This document shows, piece after piece, positions 1 through 9,329 of a DNA stretch of 64,000 bases. The stretch is from an uncultured Gammaproteobacteria bacterium. Lineage in GTDB: Bacteria > Patescibacteriota > Patescibacteriia > Magasanikbacterales > UBA922. The notes beneath the pieces were generated by a model, which ran no database searches, was not told where the DNA came from, and saw only the letters and a program-made list of their open reading frames with translations. The stretch is taken from positions 64,446 through 128,445 of the forward strand of contig CAYQNA010000001.1 in assembly GCA_964418775.1 (NCBI GenBank), in the 5' to 3' direction. How positions within the stretch are numbered: position 1 is the stretch's first letter; each line of letters starts with the position of its first letter. The position numbers and the translations under genes were made by a program.

Positions 1-102
1 TACAAATCCGTGGGTTCGACCGCGTTCATCGATTAAACGTGTGTTGTCTTCGGCTGCCCACAAAACCGAGCGGCCAGTTTTATCACAAAAAATAATACTC
101 AT
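1..102 (-). CDS. N-terminal fragment of a hypothetical protein (runs off the window start)
   Basis: ATG at 102-100 directly after the stop of the 104..550 gene; open to position 1 (MSIIFCDKTGRSVLWAAEDNTRLIDERGRTHGFV). Confidence 0.5.
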   Translation of the reverse strand, partial: MSIIFCDKTGRSVLWAAEDNTRLIDERGRTHGFV

Positions 103-103
103 A

Positions 104-550
104 TTATTCGGAATAATTAAACGAAATGTCGTTGTAAGCTTCGGCTTCGTACCACTGCCAACCATTGGCGCGGTATAGGGCGATGCGCGCGAGCCCGGCA
201 TCAACAATGGCTTTGCTGCAAATAGTACAATACGGTCGCGTAATTTCTAAATTTTTATCCGCACCGAGGCGATAAAAATACATATCAGCACCAGCTAGGT
301 CGGCCGGGGAGTGGCGGAGCGCAGCGGCAATTGCACGCTGTTCAGCATGGATACAGCATGTACGGTCTGATTTGAATCCAGGCTTCAATTCATGCCTGCG
401 GTGGCAGCGTCGTTGGCTATCCAGACCTCCGGGCGGACTATTAAACCCGCGGCCAATAATCTGTCCGTTTTTAACAATAATTGCGCCACACTGACTGCGT
501 TCGCAGGTGGCCGCCTCGGCCATGGCTCTGGTTTCGGCAACAAAATCCAT
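104..550 (-). CDS. dCMP deaminase-like zinc-dependent deaminase
   Basis: GAIIV..GFNSPP, HAE and PYCxxC motifs of the cytidine/dCMP deaminase family. Confidence 0.85.
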   Translation of the reverse strand: MDFVAETRAMAEAATCERSQCGAIIVKNGQIIGRGFNSPPGGLDSQRRCHRRHELKPGFKSDRTCCIHAEQRAIAAALRHSPADLAGADMYFYRLGADKNLEITRPYCTICSKAIVDAGLARIALYRANGWQWYEAEAYNDISFNYSE

Positions 551-636
551 AGTTTTAATACTGTAGCATATTTAAAGCAGGATCGGCTAGCACTTTACAT
601 TGTAAAGTAAAACCCGTATACTGCGGGGACTATTCT

Positions 637-2025
637 ATGATTACCAATCAATACGACATTGCCATTATTGGCGGTGGTGCTAGTGGTACCGCCCTTTTAT
701 ATACCTTGGCTAAATACACCAATGCGAACCGATTGGTGTTGGTAGAAAAATATTCGGCTTTGGGACAAGTAAATTCACACGCCCGCAATAACAGCCAGAC
801 ATTGCATGTGGGCGATATTGAAACAAATTATTCAATTGATAAGGTGCGTCAGGTTAAACCAGCGGCCATGATGGTGGCGCGCTACGCTAGTCAATTGCCG
901 GCTTCGGACCGTGACTCAATCATGAGTGTGGTGCAAAAAATGGTAATTGGCGTGGGTGGCAAAGAAGTCACTGCGCTCAAAAATCGGTACGAAGCACTAC
1001 GGGAATTATTTCCCGAAGTGCAAAAATTAAGCGGTCCAGAAATTGCCGCGGTTGAGCCAGCGGTAATGGCAGGACGTAATCCCAAGCAACCGATTATTGC
1101 GCTCTTTAATCCGCAGGGTTATGCGGTTAACTTTGGCCGTCTCGCCCAATCATTGGCCGATGAGGCCAAAAAAGCCTCGGACAAAAACGTGGAGGTCAAA
1201 GTAAACACGACTGTAGAAAAAATTATTCGCACTGACACCGGGTATATTGTAAAAACAGCCACCGGCGAAATTCACGCGCGCGCCGTTGTGGTCGATGCCG
1301 ATGCGTACAGTTTGGGGTTTGCTAAGTCGCTGGGGTATGGTCGCGAATTTTCGCTAATTCCAATTGCCGGGACTTTTTATTTCACCAAAAATATTTTGAA
1401 AGGCAAAGTATACACGGTTCAGGAGCCGCGTTTGCCATTTGCGGCGGCGCATGGCGACCCAGATGTAAATGTGCCCGATAGCACACGTTGGGGGCCAACC
1501 GCACGTTTTGTGCCTGTGCTCGAAAGCTATAAACCACGTACAATGCTGGCGTATTTACGCGCCGCTGGTCTTGGTCGTCCGCGCACGTGGCTAAGTTTTA
1601 CCAAAATTTTGTTACAACCAGTCCGCTTTTTTTACTTAATCAAAAACATTATTTTTGAATTGCCGATTGTGGGCAAATACCTGTTTGCGGCCACGGCGAT
1701 TAGAAAAATTGCGCCAAGTGTGCGGCTTGGTGATATCCGAGTAGCCAAACATTTTGGCGGCATGCGTTTACAGCGCGTGGATACGCGTACGCACGAATTG
1801 CAGTTGGGCGAAGGCAAAATTATTGGTGACAATATTATCTTTAACATGACCCCATCGCCAGGCGCGAGTGTGTGTTTGTACAACGGCATGCGCGATGCCG
1901 AAAAATTAATGGAATTTTTTAAGGGCGAATTTTCGTTTGATAAACAAGCCATGATGCATGACCTTATGGAAAAACCGGTGGCTCAGACAACTGATGTGTC
2001 GAATAAAACTTCGTACGCGTCCTAG
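637..2025 (+). CDS. mqo: FAD-dependent oxidoreductase, malate:quinone oxidoreductase-like (Helicobacter/Campylobacter type)
   Basis: GGGASG FAD-binding motif, NSQTLHVGDIETNY, LPFAAAHGDPD and FNMTPSPGASVCL motifs. Confidence 0.7.
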   Translation: MITNQYDIAIIGGGASGTALLYTLAKYTNANRLVLVEKYSALGQVNSHARNNSQTLHVGDIETNYSIDKVRQVKPAAMMVARYASQLPASDRDSIMSVVQKMVIGVGGKEVTALKNRYEALRELFPEVQKLSGPEIAAVEPAVMAGRNPKQPIIALFNPQGYAVNFGRLAQSLADEAKKASDKNVEVKVNTTVEKIIRTDTGYIVKTATGEIHARAVVVDADAYSLGFAKSLGYGREFSLIPIAGTFYFTKNILKGKVYTVQEPRLPFAAAHGDPDVNVPDSTRWGPTARFVPVLESYKPRTMLAYLRAAGLGRPRTWLSFTKILLQPVRFFYLIKNIIFELPIVGKYLFAATAIRKIAPSVRLGDIRVAKHFGGMRLQRVDTRTHELQLGEGKIIGDNIIFNMTPSPGASVCLYNGMRDAEKLMEFFKGEFSFDKQAMMHDLMEKPVAQTTDVSNKTSYAS

Positions 2026-2762
2026 TTAATACGCCGTCCAATTTCCCACAGTAAATCAAATAGTTGTTGAAACGTTTCGCGTATAACTTTGCTTTCCACG
2101 GTCCAGGCTAGACCTTCTTCTTTGGTACTGAAAAAAGCGACCGTGTTGTCCCACATGAAGATTGATGCGTGGAATGTTAGTTGTGCGGGCAAGAATTTGG
2201 CTTCGCGCAGTTCACGGCGATTTGAGTCGGTATTGTAGTTTTTGATTTCACGTTTGGAGATACGCAAACTTTTTAAGTGAATATTTTTGGCCACACGCCG
2301 GCGCGTAAAGTGAAACTTTTCGCCAATTAGTTTTTGAAAATCCTGAGCCGCGACAATTTCATATATTGTTTTTTGCTTGGTGGATAAAGCATTATGTAAA
2401 ATATCGGCCACGCGTTCACGGTAATAGACTGATACTTTGCTGATATTACGACCACTGGTTTCCAAGGTTTTGAGGAGTGGAATTATTGTAGTGACTTCGT
2501 GTAAACGTTCCTCGAGGATTTTCTTGAGTACGGCCGGGTCGAGCGCGCTATATACGTGGCGTGATTTATTTTTGGTAATGTTTACGAGTCCACGTTCGTG
2601 GAGGCGATTGGCAATGGATTGAACCGTGGTGATGGGGAGGTGGAGCGAGCGCCCCAATGGGGTAATTGTGTTAGGGCCACTACTTAGGAGGGCGAGATAA
2701 ACCGCCTGTTCATTAGGCAATAAGCCAAATTTACTCAGGGCCTCGTTAATTTCTTGTTGCAT
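2022..2762 (-). CDS. TrmB-family transcriptional regulator
   Basis: N-terminal winged HTH (EQAVYLALL..G) plus C-terminal PLD-like sensor (IFMWDNTVAFFS...FQQLFDLLW). Confidence 0.8.
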   Translation of the reverse strand: MQQEINEALSKFGLLPNEQAVYLALLSSGPNTITPLGRSLHLPITTVQSIANRLHERGLVNITKNKSRHVYSALDPAVLKKILEERLHEVTTIIPLLKTLETSGRNISKVSVYYRERVADILHNALSTKQKTIYEIVAAQDFQKLIGEKFHFTRRRVAKNIHLKSLRISKREIKNYNTDSNRRELREAKFLPAQLTFHASIFMWDNTVAFFSTKEEGLAWTVESKVIRETFQQLFDLLWEIGRRIN

Positions 2763-2764
2763 AT

Positions 2765-2782
2765 CTACGATATATTTCGTAG
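2765..2782. promoter_or_regulatory. Palindromic operator candidate upstream of the TrmB-like gene
   Basis: CTACGA-N6-TCGTAG ending 3 bp from the start codon; TCGTAGTAAA recurs at 2854-2863. Confidence 0.45.
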
Positions 2783-2924
2783 TAAATAATGACTACTTAT
2801 TGCCTAATTATAGAGATAAAATAGGGTATTGTAAAGTTATACACAGATTTTCATCGTAGTAAAAATAGGGGTCAGGTATAGTGGCTATGTAATCGATTAC
2901 ACGCTCATTACAACGGAGGAACCA

Positions 2925-3344
2925 ATGTCCAAGAAGCTGATGGTTGATATTGTAGTGACGGTCGAGCGTTCGGCAGTGCTGCTGATCGCCCGGGCCAAGC
3001 CGCCGTTCATGGATCGCCTGGTGTTGCCGGGCGGGCATGTGGAAGCGAACGATTCGTCGTTCGTCGAGGCAGCGGCGCGTGAGCTCGCGGAAGAAGTCGG
3101 GATCGTCATTGACCCGGCTGAACTCCACTGGCTCATGCGTCTCGACACACCTGGTCGTGACCCGCGCTACGACACGGCCTCGGTCGTGTACCACGTCGAT
3201 GTTTCGGCAACGATCGCGGCTCAGGCTGCAGCTGGCAGCGACGCCCGCGCGCTCGCATTCCACCTCATCCATGAACTCAAGCCCGAGCAGTTGGGCTTTG
3301 ACCACTGGCTGGCGATCAGCCGGCTCAAGGAGGTGCTCGCATGA
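2925..3344 (+). CDS. NUDIX hydrolase (ADP-ribose pyrophosphatase/NrtR-like)
   Basis: Nudix box LPGGHVE..SFVEAAARELAEEVG, RDPR and GFDH motifs; GGAGG RBS; GC-rich. Confidence 0.9.
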   Translation: MSKKLMVDIVVTVERSAVLLIARAKPPFMDRLVLPGGHVEANDSSFVEAAARELAEEVGIVIDPAELHWLMRLDTPGRDPRYDTASVVYHVDVSATIAAQAAAGSDARALAFHLIHELKPEQLGFDHWLAISRLKEVLA

Positions 3345-3598
3345 AGGTCATCAAGGAAGGCAAGTGGACCGTGCCCTGGCAGCAGGAAATGACCTGCACT
3401 GACAAGCAGTGTGAGGCACAACTTCTGATCGAAGAGGCCGATGTGATCGCACCTGACCAGTCCGAGCTGTTCAAGGCTGTGTGTCCGGTCTGCGGCACGA
3501 GTCTTGTCCTGAAGTCCAGTGAGCTGCCGCGCCGCATCAAGGATGTGCTCAACAAGATGCGTAAGCCGCCGCCTAGAGCGTATTCTTCCTGGGACTAA
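3341..3598 (+). CDS. Small zinc-ribbon protein
   Basis: CTDKQC...CPVC cysteine pairs; AAGGAGGT RBS; ATGA overlap with the NUDIX gene. Confidence 0.7.
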   Translation: MKVIKEGKWTVPWQQEMTCTDKQCEAQLLIEEADVIAPDQSELFKAVCPVCGTSLVLKSSELPRRIKDVLNKMRKPPPRAYSSWD

Positions 3599-3657
3599 CC
3601 TCTGCAGCCACCCGAGCGGCTTACAATAGCTCGGGGATCAATAGTGTGCACACTTAG

Positions 3658-3687
3658 AAAAAACATCCCAACAAAGGGATGTTTTTT
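3658..3687. terminator. Bidirectional intrinsic terminator
   Basis: AAAAAACATCCC/GGGATGTTTTTT inverted repeat between convergent genes. Confidence 0.75.
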
Positions 3688-3704
3688 GTTTGCAATCATT
3701 TTCA

Positions 3705-4313
3705 CTACACAATTTTGGAAAACTTTTTCTTGAGTAGCCACACCACAACCATCGCAATTATGGTACCAGTCCCGGCCAGCACTATGTCAGTCTGCGCGTC
3801 CCAAATATCTCCCTGCGCACCCAAAAACGCCATGCCTAACTCCGGCGCAACACGCAGGGCCGAAACCCATTCAATGATTTCATACAACGCTGAGAACGAA
3901 AGAATAATATCCACTGGCAAATAATACGACCAACCACCACGCACACCGGCCAAACGCACCACAATTTCGCGCGCTGGGTAAGCCATGAGCAAACCAAACA
4001 AAAAGTGCATCAAACGGTCATACATGTTGCGTTCCACATCAAGCCAACCACCAAGAATATCACCCAATGGTACGTGTTCGTACGTGTAATGTGAGCCCAT
4101 CAAATGCAACACGGCCAAAATCAAAAGTAGTGTGTACGACGCATTAGAACATTTTAATTTTTTGCCAAAAATAATCAACAAAATCGGGATCAAAAACACG
4201 AGGAAATTTTCGAGCAACCAATCGTGCGGAAACAAAGGCTTAATTGCTGCCGCCACCCAAGTCCCCAGAAAAATTACGACTAAAAATAATCGGTATCTGG
4301 AAAGGCCGAATAT
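3705..4313 (-). CDS. DUF2238 (YjdF-like) inner membrane protein; probable start is ATA at 4313 (first canonical start is GTG at 4256)
   Basis: DWLLEN, HYTYEHVPLG, RNMYDRLMHF, YEIIEW, FLGAQGDIWDAQ motifs. Confidence 0.8.
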   Translation of the reverse strand: MFGLSRYRLFLVVIFLGTWVAAAIKPLFPHDWLLENFLVFLIPILLIIFGKKLKCSNASYTLLLILAVLHLMGSHYTYEHVPLGDILGGWLDVERNMYDRLMHFLFGLLMAYPAREIVVRLAGVRGGWSYYLPVDIILSFSALYEIIEWVSALRVAPELGMAFLGAQGDIWDAQTDIVLAGTGTIIAMVVVWLLKKKFSKIV

Positions 4314-4314
4314 A

Positions 4315-5244
4315 TTATCTTGCTAACCAATAAATTGCAATGTTACCGTATTCATTGGTACCATTTGACCAGTCATCTTTTGCTTCAGTCAAACTGTTTT
4401 TACGATACAACAGAGTACCAAAATTTGTTTCCTGACTGAGACATTGATGATCTTTGAGTGCCTCGGCCAATGACTTCCGACTTGGGCGCAGATCTTTGAG
4501 GAGTGGGTCATTAGCCTTAAGATCAACCCAGTGGCTACTCGTCACATTATACGTCGCATACGTGCTGGTGTTGTAACCGGTTTTAAACACAATTGCACTC
4601 TCGGTCGCGCCCACCAACGCGGTTGCACTAATGGGATTTCCATCACCACCCGCACACTCCAATATATCAGGGTTATCTGGGCAAGCAATTTCCTCAATTG
4701 GTCTATATTTTGCGGGGATTAATACAGGGCTCAAGGTATTGTCAGCTACTTTGTACAAAGAATTGGCCACAAGCCCGCTTCCCAAACCCCATTCTTCGGT
4801 ACTAAATAAAAACAAATCTGGCCCTACTCGCACTGCCTGCGCATCGTCCACAAGCGTTGTTGTGACTGTGACAACGGGTTTAATTACATTGTATCGGTCA
4901 GCTTCGGATTTGATTGTCATCAGGGTCGGTTGGCCAGGGTTAAGCACCAAGACCTGATTTTGTTCTGGATAAATAAAAGACGCAACACGTACCTGGACTG
5001 GTACTAATTTTTTTGTAGGGAAATTTTGGCTTGTTTCGCTTGGTTTAAAAGAAGCATCGAGTTGAATACAGGTTACGGTCGGTTCTGGTGCAGCTTCTTT
5101 TGGTGTGCTGGTGTTAATGGCCACTGGTGTTGCCTTCGTGAGACGAATAGTTTGCGTGCGGTATGTATAATAGGCGCTGCCTGCGAGCAGAGCAGCAATC
5201 ATGAGCCCGCTGCCTACGAGCGCCGGACTAAACGGTTTGGCCAT
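4315..5244 (-). CDS. Hypothetical membrane-anchored/secreted protein
   Basis: 309-aa ORF with an N-terminal hydrophobic helix; no recognised motif. Confidence 0.65.
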   Translation of the reverse strand: MAKPFSPALVGSGLMIAALLAGSAYYTYRTQTIRLTKATPVAINTSTPKEAAPEPTVTCIQLDASFKPSETSQNFPTKKLVPVQVRVASFIYPEQNQVLVLNPGQPTLMTIKSEADRYNVIKPVVTVTTTLVDDAQAVRVGPDLFLFSTEEWGLGSGLVANSLYKVADNTLSPVLIPAKYRPIEEIACPDNPDILECAGGDGNPISATALVGATESAIVFKTGYNTSTYATYNVTSSHWVDLKANDPLLKDLRPSRKSLAEALKDHQCLSQETNFGTLLYRKNSLTEAKDDWSNGTNEYGNIAIYWLAR

Positions 5245-5307
5245 AGAATTTTTAGAAGATTATTGTATACTGTAAGTATTCCACAGTTTAGTGGGCTTTT
5301 CAAGAGT

Positions 5308-5907
5308 ATGGAACGAAATAAAAAGATTGGGATTTTGTGGCTAGTCGTGCCTATTTTGACGTTGTTTCTGTGTCTAAGTTTGTGGGCGATTACCATCTTC
5401 GCACTGCATAATGTTAGCAGTGCTGCTGGCACGTCGTCCGCAGCTGGCTCTACTATCGCACAGCTAATTAATGTGGCTCTGAGTTTGGTGGGAATTCTAG
5501 CTGTGATTGGAATTGTTGTGGGAATACCGGTCGGAATTATCTATTTACTGCGTAAACCAGAAGAAAATGACGTGAATCGATTACAAAAATTGCCGGCATA
5601 TACTGGCCTAACAGTAGAACAAATTCAGTACATTACGGGTTGGTCGTGGGGAGCATTTTTTGGCAACATTATTTGGCCGCTGGGTAATAAGTTATGGCTG
5701 TTTTCCTTATTGCGAATACTCCCACTAATTAGTTTATACGCTTGGATTAAGCTCTCCTTGAGTGGTCGTCAAATGGCTTGGGAGCAGGGCGGTTGGCAAA
5801 GTTTTGCGCAATTTAAAAAACGTCAGCAAATTATTGCTGGCGTTGTTTGGGGCTTTGTGATTTTAGGAATTGTACTAGCTGTTATGACTGAAGTAGGTAG
5901 TCGGTAA
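5308..5907 (+). CDS. Hypothetical multi-pass membrane protein
   Basis: Likely ATG at 5308 (MERNKK); TM helices; WSWGAFF..IW and GRQMAW...F..F.KRQ motifs. Confidence 0.7.
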   Translation: MERNKKIGILWLVVPILTLFLCLSLWAITIFALHNVSSAAGTSSAAGSTIAQLINVALSLVGILAVIGIVVGIPVGIIYLLRKPEENDVNRLQKLPAYTGLTVEQIQYITGWSWGAFFGNIIWPLGNKLWLFSLLRILPLISLYAWIKLSLSGRQMAWEQGGWQSFAQFKKRQQIIAGVVWGFVILGIVLAVMTEVGSR

Positions 5908-5925
5908 GTTATCCCCACCACGCTC

Positions 5926-5956
5926 TTGACCCTTACGTTACGTCATAGTTTATGCT
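5926..5956 (+). promoter_or_regulatory. MerR-type promoter with 19-bp spacer and dyad operator
   Basis: TTGACC(5926-31), 19 bp CTTACGTTACGTCATAGTT, TATGCT(5951-56); very similar to my recollection of the B. subtilis mta promoter. Confidence 0.8.
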
Positions 5957-5968
5957 AGGGTATAGGAT

Positions 5969-6724
5969 ATGTCCTACACTGTTCAAGCTCTAGCAAAACT
6001 AGCCAATACCAGCGTGCGCACGCTGCATTATTACGATGCCATTGGCTTGCTGGCGCCCAGCCGCGTTGGTCGGAATGGTTATCGTCAGTACGACGAGCCT
6101 GACCTACTTAAGCTGCAACAAATTCTATTTTTCCGCGAATTGGATTTTTCACTGGCGGATATTAAGCGAATTTTGTCTTCGCCGTACTTTGATATGGCTA
6201 CGGCTTTGGCTGACCACCGGCATTTGTTGGTCTTGAAACGGAAACGGTTGAATCGATTGGTTGCTACCATTGATCAGACCATTAAGAAAATTAACCAAGA
6301 AACAAGTATGTCTGACGAAGAATTATACGATGCCTTTGCTGACGAGGAAACGAAACATTATGCGGCCGAGGCTAAACAACGGTGGGGGAATACGGATGCG
6401 TACAAACAGTCGCAGGCGCGTGTGAGCAAAATGACCAAGGCACAAATGGCCAAATTAAAAGAAGATGGGGTCAAACATACACAGGCGATTGCCGAGGCGA
6501 TGGATTTGGGGGTCGATAGTCCAGAAGTCCAGGCACTCATTAAAAAAAGCCACGAGGGTGTGAACTTTTTTTATGACTGCAGCTTGGAAATGTTCCGTAA
6601 TTTGGGGCAAATGTACGTGGATGACCCACGCTTTACGGCGTATTACGAAAAGTTTCGGCCAGGCCTGGCTATGTTTATGCGTGATGCAATCAAGCTCTAT
6701 TGCGACAAGCAGGCAAAAGCTTAA
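5969..6724 (+). CDS. MerR-family regulator with TipAS antibiotic-binding domain (Mta/TipA-like)
   Basis: SVRTLHYYDAIGLL..GYRQY HTH; EAKQRWGNT and LGQMYVDDPRF..YY TipAS motifs. Confidence 0.9.
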   Translation: MSYTVQALAKLANTSVRTLHYYDAIGLLAPSRVGRNGYRQYDEPDLLKLQQILFFRELDFSLADIKRILSSPYFDMATALADHRHLLVLKRKRLNRLVATIDQTIKKINQETSMSDEELYDAFADEETKHYAAEAKQRWGNTDAYKQSQARVSKMTKAQMAKLKEDGVKHTQAIAEAMDLGVDSPEVQALIKKSHEGVNFFYDCSLEMFRNLGQMYVDDPRFTAYYEKFRPGLAMFMRDAIKLYCDKQAKA

Positions 6725-6725
6725 T

Positions 6726-6757
6726 AAAAAATACCAGCGTGACGGCTGGTGTTTTTT
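6726..6757. terminator. Bidirectional intrinsic terminator
   Basis: AAAAAATACCAGC/GCTGGTGTTTTTT. Confidence 0.7.
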
Positions 6758-7562
6758 ATTGACTGTTAAAGTTAATAAAGTTAGCGCTTTCGTAACGTTT
6801 GACGGCACGTTTGAAAACAAAAATAGAAAAACAAAACCAGGCAAAGGTTACGACTGTAATGAGGGCTGCCTTTGACCAATCTAAATCACGTACTGCTTCC
6901 ACGGGCAAGGCAGCGATTACCAAAGAGGGAATAATGAATGTGTAGATGAAGCGTGCGGCACCTTGGAAAGCGCCACCGTGGAACATTGAAGGTGTAACAA
7001 ATAAGTCAAATAAACTTGGCGTAATTGACGTCGCATCCGTGAATAAAAAGCTACTCGAGAAAATTACAATTGTCGATGCCAGGAAAGCAATCGTCGCCAC
7101 AATGGCTATCATGATGATTAGTAGCGCCTGCAACCAGGACACTTTGATAAGTAGACCAAAAATCCCTAAACAAATTAAGCCAAATAGTATGTCCCCAACC
7201 GCCGAAGCACTGAATGAAGCGGTGGCAATGCGGAGCAGTAAATTTTTGGGTGACAGCATGAAGCGGTCAAATGCACCGCTGGCAATATATTCTGGTAGAT
7301 TGCGGATACCAGCACCGATTGAAAATATAATTCCAAATGTTAAGGCCACAAAACCATTTAAACCAATAATATCAGCCACTGACCATCCATTAACTTCTCC
7401 AACTGATTGCACAAAAAAACCCCATAGAACCACAAACGAGCAATTGTTGATAGCCATCCCAACAATATTAAGCCAAAAACTGGTGCGTAATTCGGCACTG
7501 CCCTGTAAATTTTTTTTAATGGCGTAGAGTGCAAAACGAAATTCTCTGTACATATTAGCCAC
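6756..7562 (-). CDS. ABC-2 family permease (DUF990-like)
   Basis: About six TM segments, I..G.FD.FML.P motif, in an operon with an ABC ATPase. Confidence 0.85.
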   Translation of the reverse strand: MANMYREFRFALYAIKKNLQGSAELRTSFWLNIVGMAINNCSFVVLWGFFVQSVGEVNGWSVADIIGLNGFVALTFGIIFSIGAGIRNLPEYIASGAFDRFMLSPKNLLLRIATASFSASAVGDILFGLICLGIFGLLIKVSWLQALLIIMIAIVATIAFLASTIVIFSSSFLFTDATSITPSLFDLFVTPSMFHGGAFQGAARFIYTFIIPSLVIAALPVEAVRDLDWSKAALITVVTFAWFCFSIFVFKRAVKRYESANFINFNSQ

Positions 7563-8355
7563 CGTTAATAGAAACTTTACGATGTGCTGCTCGTGACATC
7601 AATGTGATTACTGATAATAATACGATGAGCCAGAATAATTGAATTCCCATAAGAACAGGCCAATCAGTCTGCCACGAGTCATATACTGTGTGCGTAATGA
7701 ACTGTGAGGCTCCAAATGGGCTGTAGCGGGCAATTTTGTAAAGAAAGTCGGGGAATAAGGCTACTGGCAAATATGAGCCTCCCAAAATCATTAGGGATTT
7801 ATCAGTAATCCAGTACAGTGGATTTATCTCTTCGAGCCAGAAAGCGCAGAGGCCAATAATGGCATAGAGTAAAAAACTTAATGTAGTCGAGAGCAGGAGG
7901 GTAATTATAACAGTTAGCAGTAAAACGGGTGAATGGAAGGTTTGGGGTAGCCCAAACATTTGTGTTAAAACAATACTCCCTAAAAATAAGACTAGTATAA
8001 ATTCGTGTAAGCCGTTACCAATTTGCCACCAAGCCCGATAAGGCAAGTACGAGATTGGTTTGTTGAATAAAACCTCGATCGTTCCAGATCGCACATCGTT
8101 CATTATGGTTCTGCACACTTCCCTAAGTCGTAAGGCATGAAATACGGTGTACATAAATAAGCCCCAGGCTGCAACTGAATAGGGAACGCCGTTTACTTCG
8201 CCACCACGCAGTTTAAAAACATACCAGTATAAATATAATACGAGCGCGCATCGAGCCGTTCGAGTAAAAGATTCGGCTAAAAAACGTCCGGGATAATGGA
8301 TTCTTTCTTTTAGTAATGTGCGAATAATACTACGCGCCAGTCGCATCTCTTTCAT
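7555..8355 (-). CDS. ABC-2 family permease (DUF990-like)
   Basis: DVRSGTI..L.KPISY, LGG.YLP..LFP and terminal INGG motifs. Confidence 0.85.
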   Translation of the reverse strand: MKEMRLARSIIRTLLKERIHYPGRFLAESFTRTARCALVLYLYWYVFKLRGGEVNGVPYSVAAWGLFMYTVFHALRLREVCRTIMNDVRSGTIEVLFNKPISYLPYRAWWQIGNGLHEFILVLFLGSIVLTQMFGLPQTFHSPVLLLTVIITLLLSTTLSFLLYAIIGLCAFWLEEINPLYWITDKSLMILGGSYLPVALFPDFLYKIARYSPFGASQFITHTVYDSWQTDWPVLMGIQLFWLIVLLSVITLMSRAAHRKVSINGG

Positions 8356-9325
8356 AAATATGGCGGATTACACTTTCCAAATCAGTGTTATAAACATCAA
8401 GGTCACTCACCTCAAAAATTTCGAGCAAGGTTTGCAGTGCCGTTTTGACGGTGGTTTTATTGATGTCCACTGATATGGTGACTTTGGCTGCGCTTTTATT
8501 TAGGTAGGTAAGGCCGGCAGGTAGGGCGGGGAATTGTTTAAAACTATCGGCAGGTACGAGGTCAATATATTTTTCAAATACAAATGTGCGTGCTAGATCT
8601 GCAGTGGGAAGATCTTTAATAATTTGGCCATGATTGATGATAATTGTGCGGTCGCACAGGGTTTCAATATCGCCAACATCGTGCGAAGTAAGGAAAATTG
8701 TGGCGCCCTCCTCGCGATTAATGGTGAGTAGCAGATCGCGCAGTGATTTTTTGGCCACAACATCCAGGCCAATGGTTGGTTCATCAAGAAGAATGATTTT
8801 TGGTTTGTGAATAAGGGAGGCAGCGACTTCGGCGCGCATACGTTGACCAAGCGAAAGTTTGCGCACGGGTTGGTCAATAAAATCTTCGAGATTGAAAATT
8901 TCAGTTAATTCATTAATTCTTTTGGTAATTTGTTTATCACTCAAATCATACATGACGCCAAAGAACTCAAGCGAGTCAGTGAGCGGAAGATTAGGGAGGA
9001 GTTGCGAACGTTGACCAAACACGGTCCCAATTTGGTATGCTAATTTTTTGCGATCTTTGGTCGGGTCCAGACCAAGCACACTCATGCTGCCAGAGGTGGG
9101 AAATAGAATGCCCGTGAGCATTTTGATAGTAGTTGATTTGCCTGCGCCATTTGGACCAATAAACGCAATGCGTTCGCCCTTGGCCACAGAAAAGGAGATA
9201 TTGTCGACCGCAGTCACCTCACGAATTTCCGGAGACAATAAATTTTTTACCCAATTATGATTGGGGTTTTTGACGGGAAATTTAAACTTTTTCGAAAGAT
9301 TCGAAATGACAATTGATTTGGACAT
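8330..9325 (-). CDS. ABC exporter ATP-binding subunit
   Basis: Walker A GPNGAGKST, LSLGQ signature, Walker B ILLDEPT; likely ATG at 9325. Confidence 0.92.
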   Translation of the reverse strand: MSKSIVISNLSKKFKFPVKNPNHNWVKNLLSPEIREVTAVDNISFSVAKGERIAFIGPNGAGKSTTIKMLTGILFPTSGSMSVLGLDPTKDRKKLAYQIGTVFGQRSQLLPNLPLTDSLEFFGVMYDLSDKQITKRINELTEIFNLEDFIDQPVRKLSLGQRMRAEVAASLIHKPKIILLDEPTIGLDVVAKKSLRDLLLTINREEGATIFLTSHDVGDIETLCDRTIIINHGQIIKDLPTADLARTFVFEKYIDLVPADSFKQFPALPAGLTYLNKSAAKVTISVDINKTTVKTALQTLLEIFEVSDLDVYNTDLESVIRHIYERDATGA

Positions 9326-9329
9326 AGTC

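Noticed and set aside
2808-3555. Alternative overlapping ORFs across the NUDIX cassette and the Cys-rich gene (34998..35714)
   Set aside because: GC-rich DNA has few stop codons; the called frames carry the motifs and the RBS
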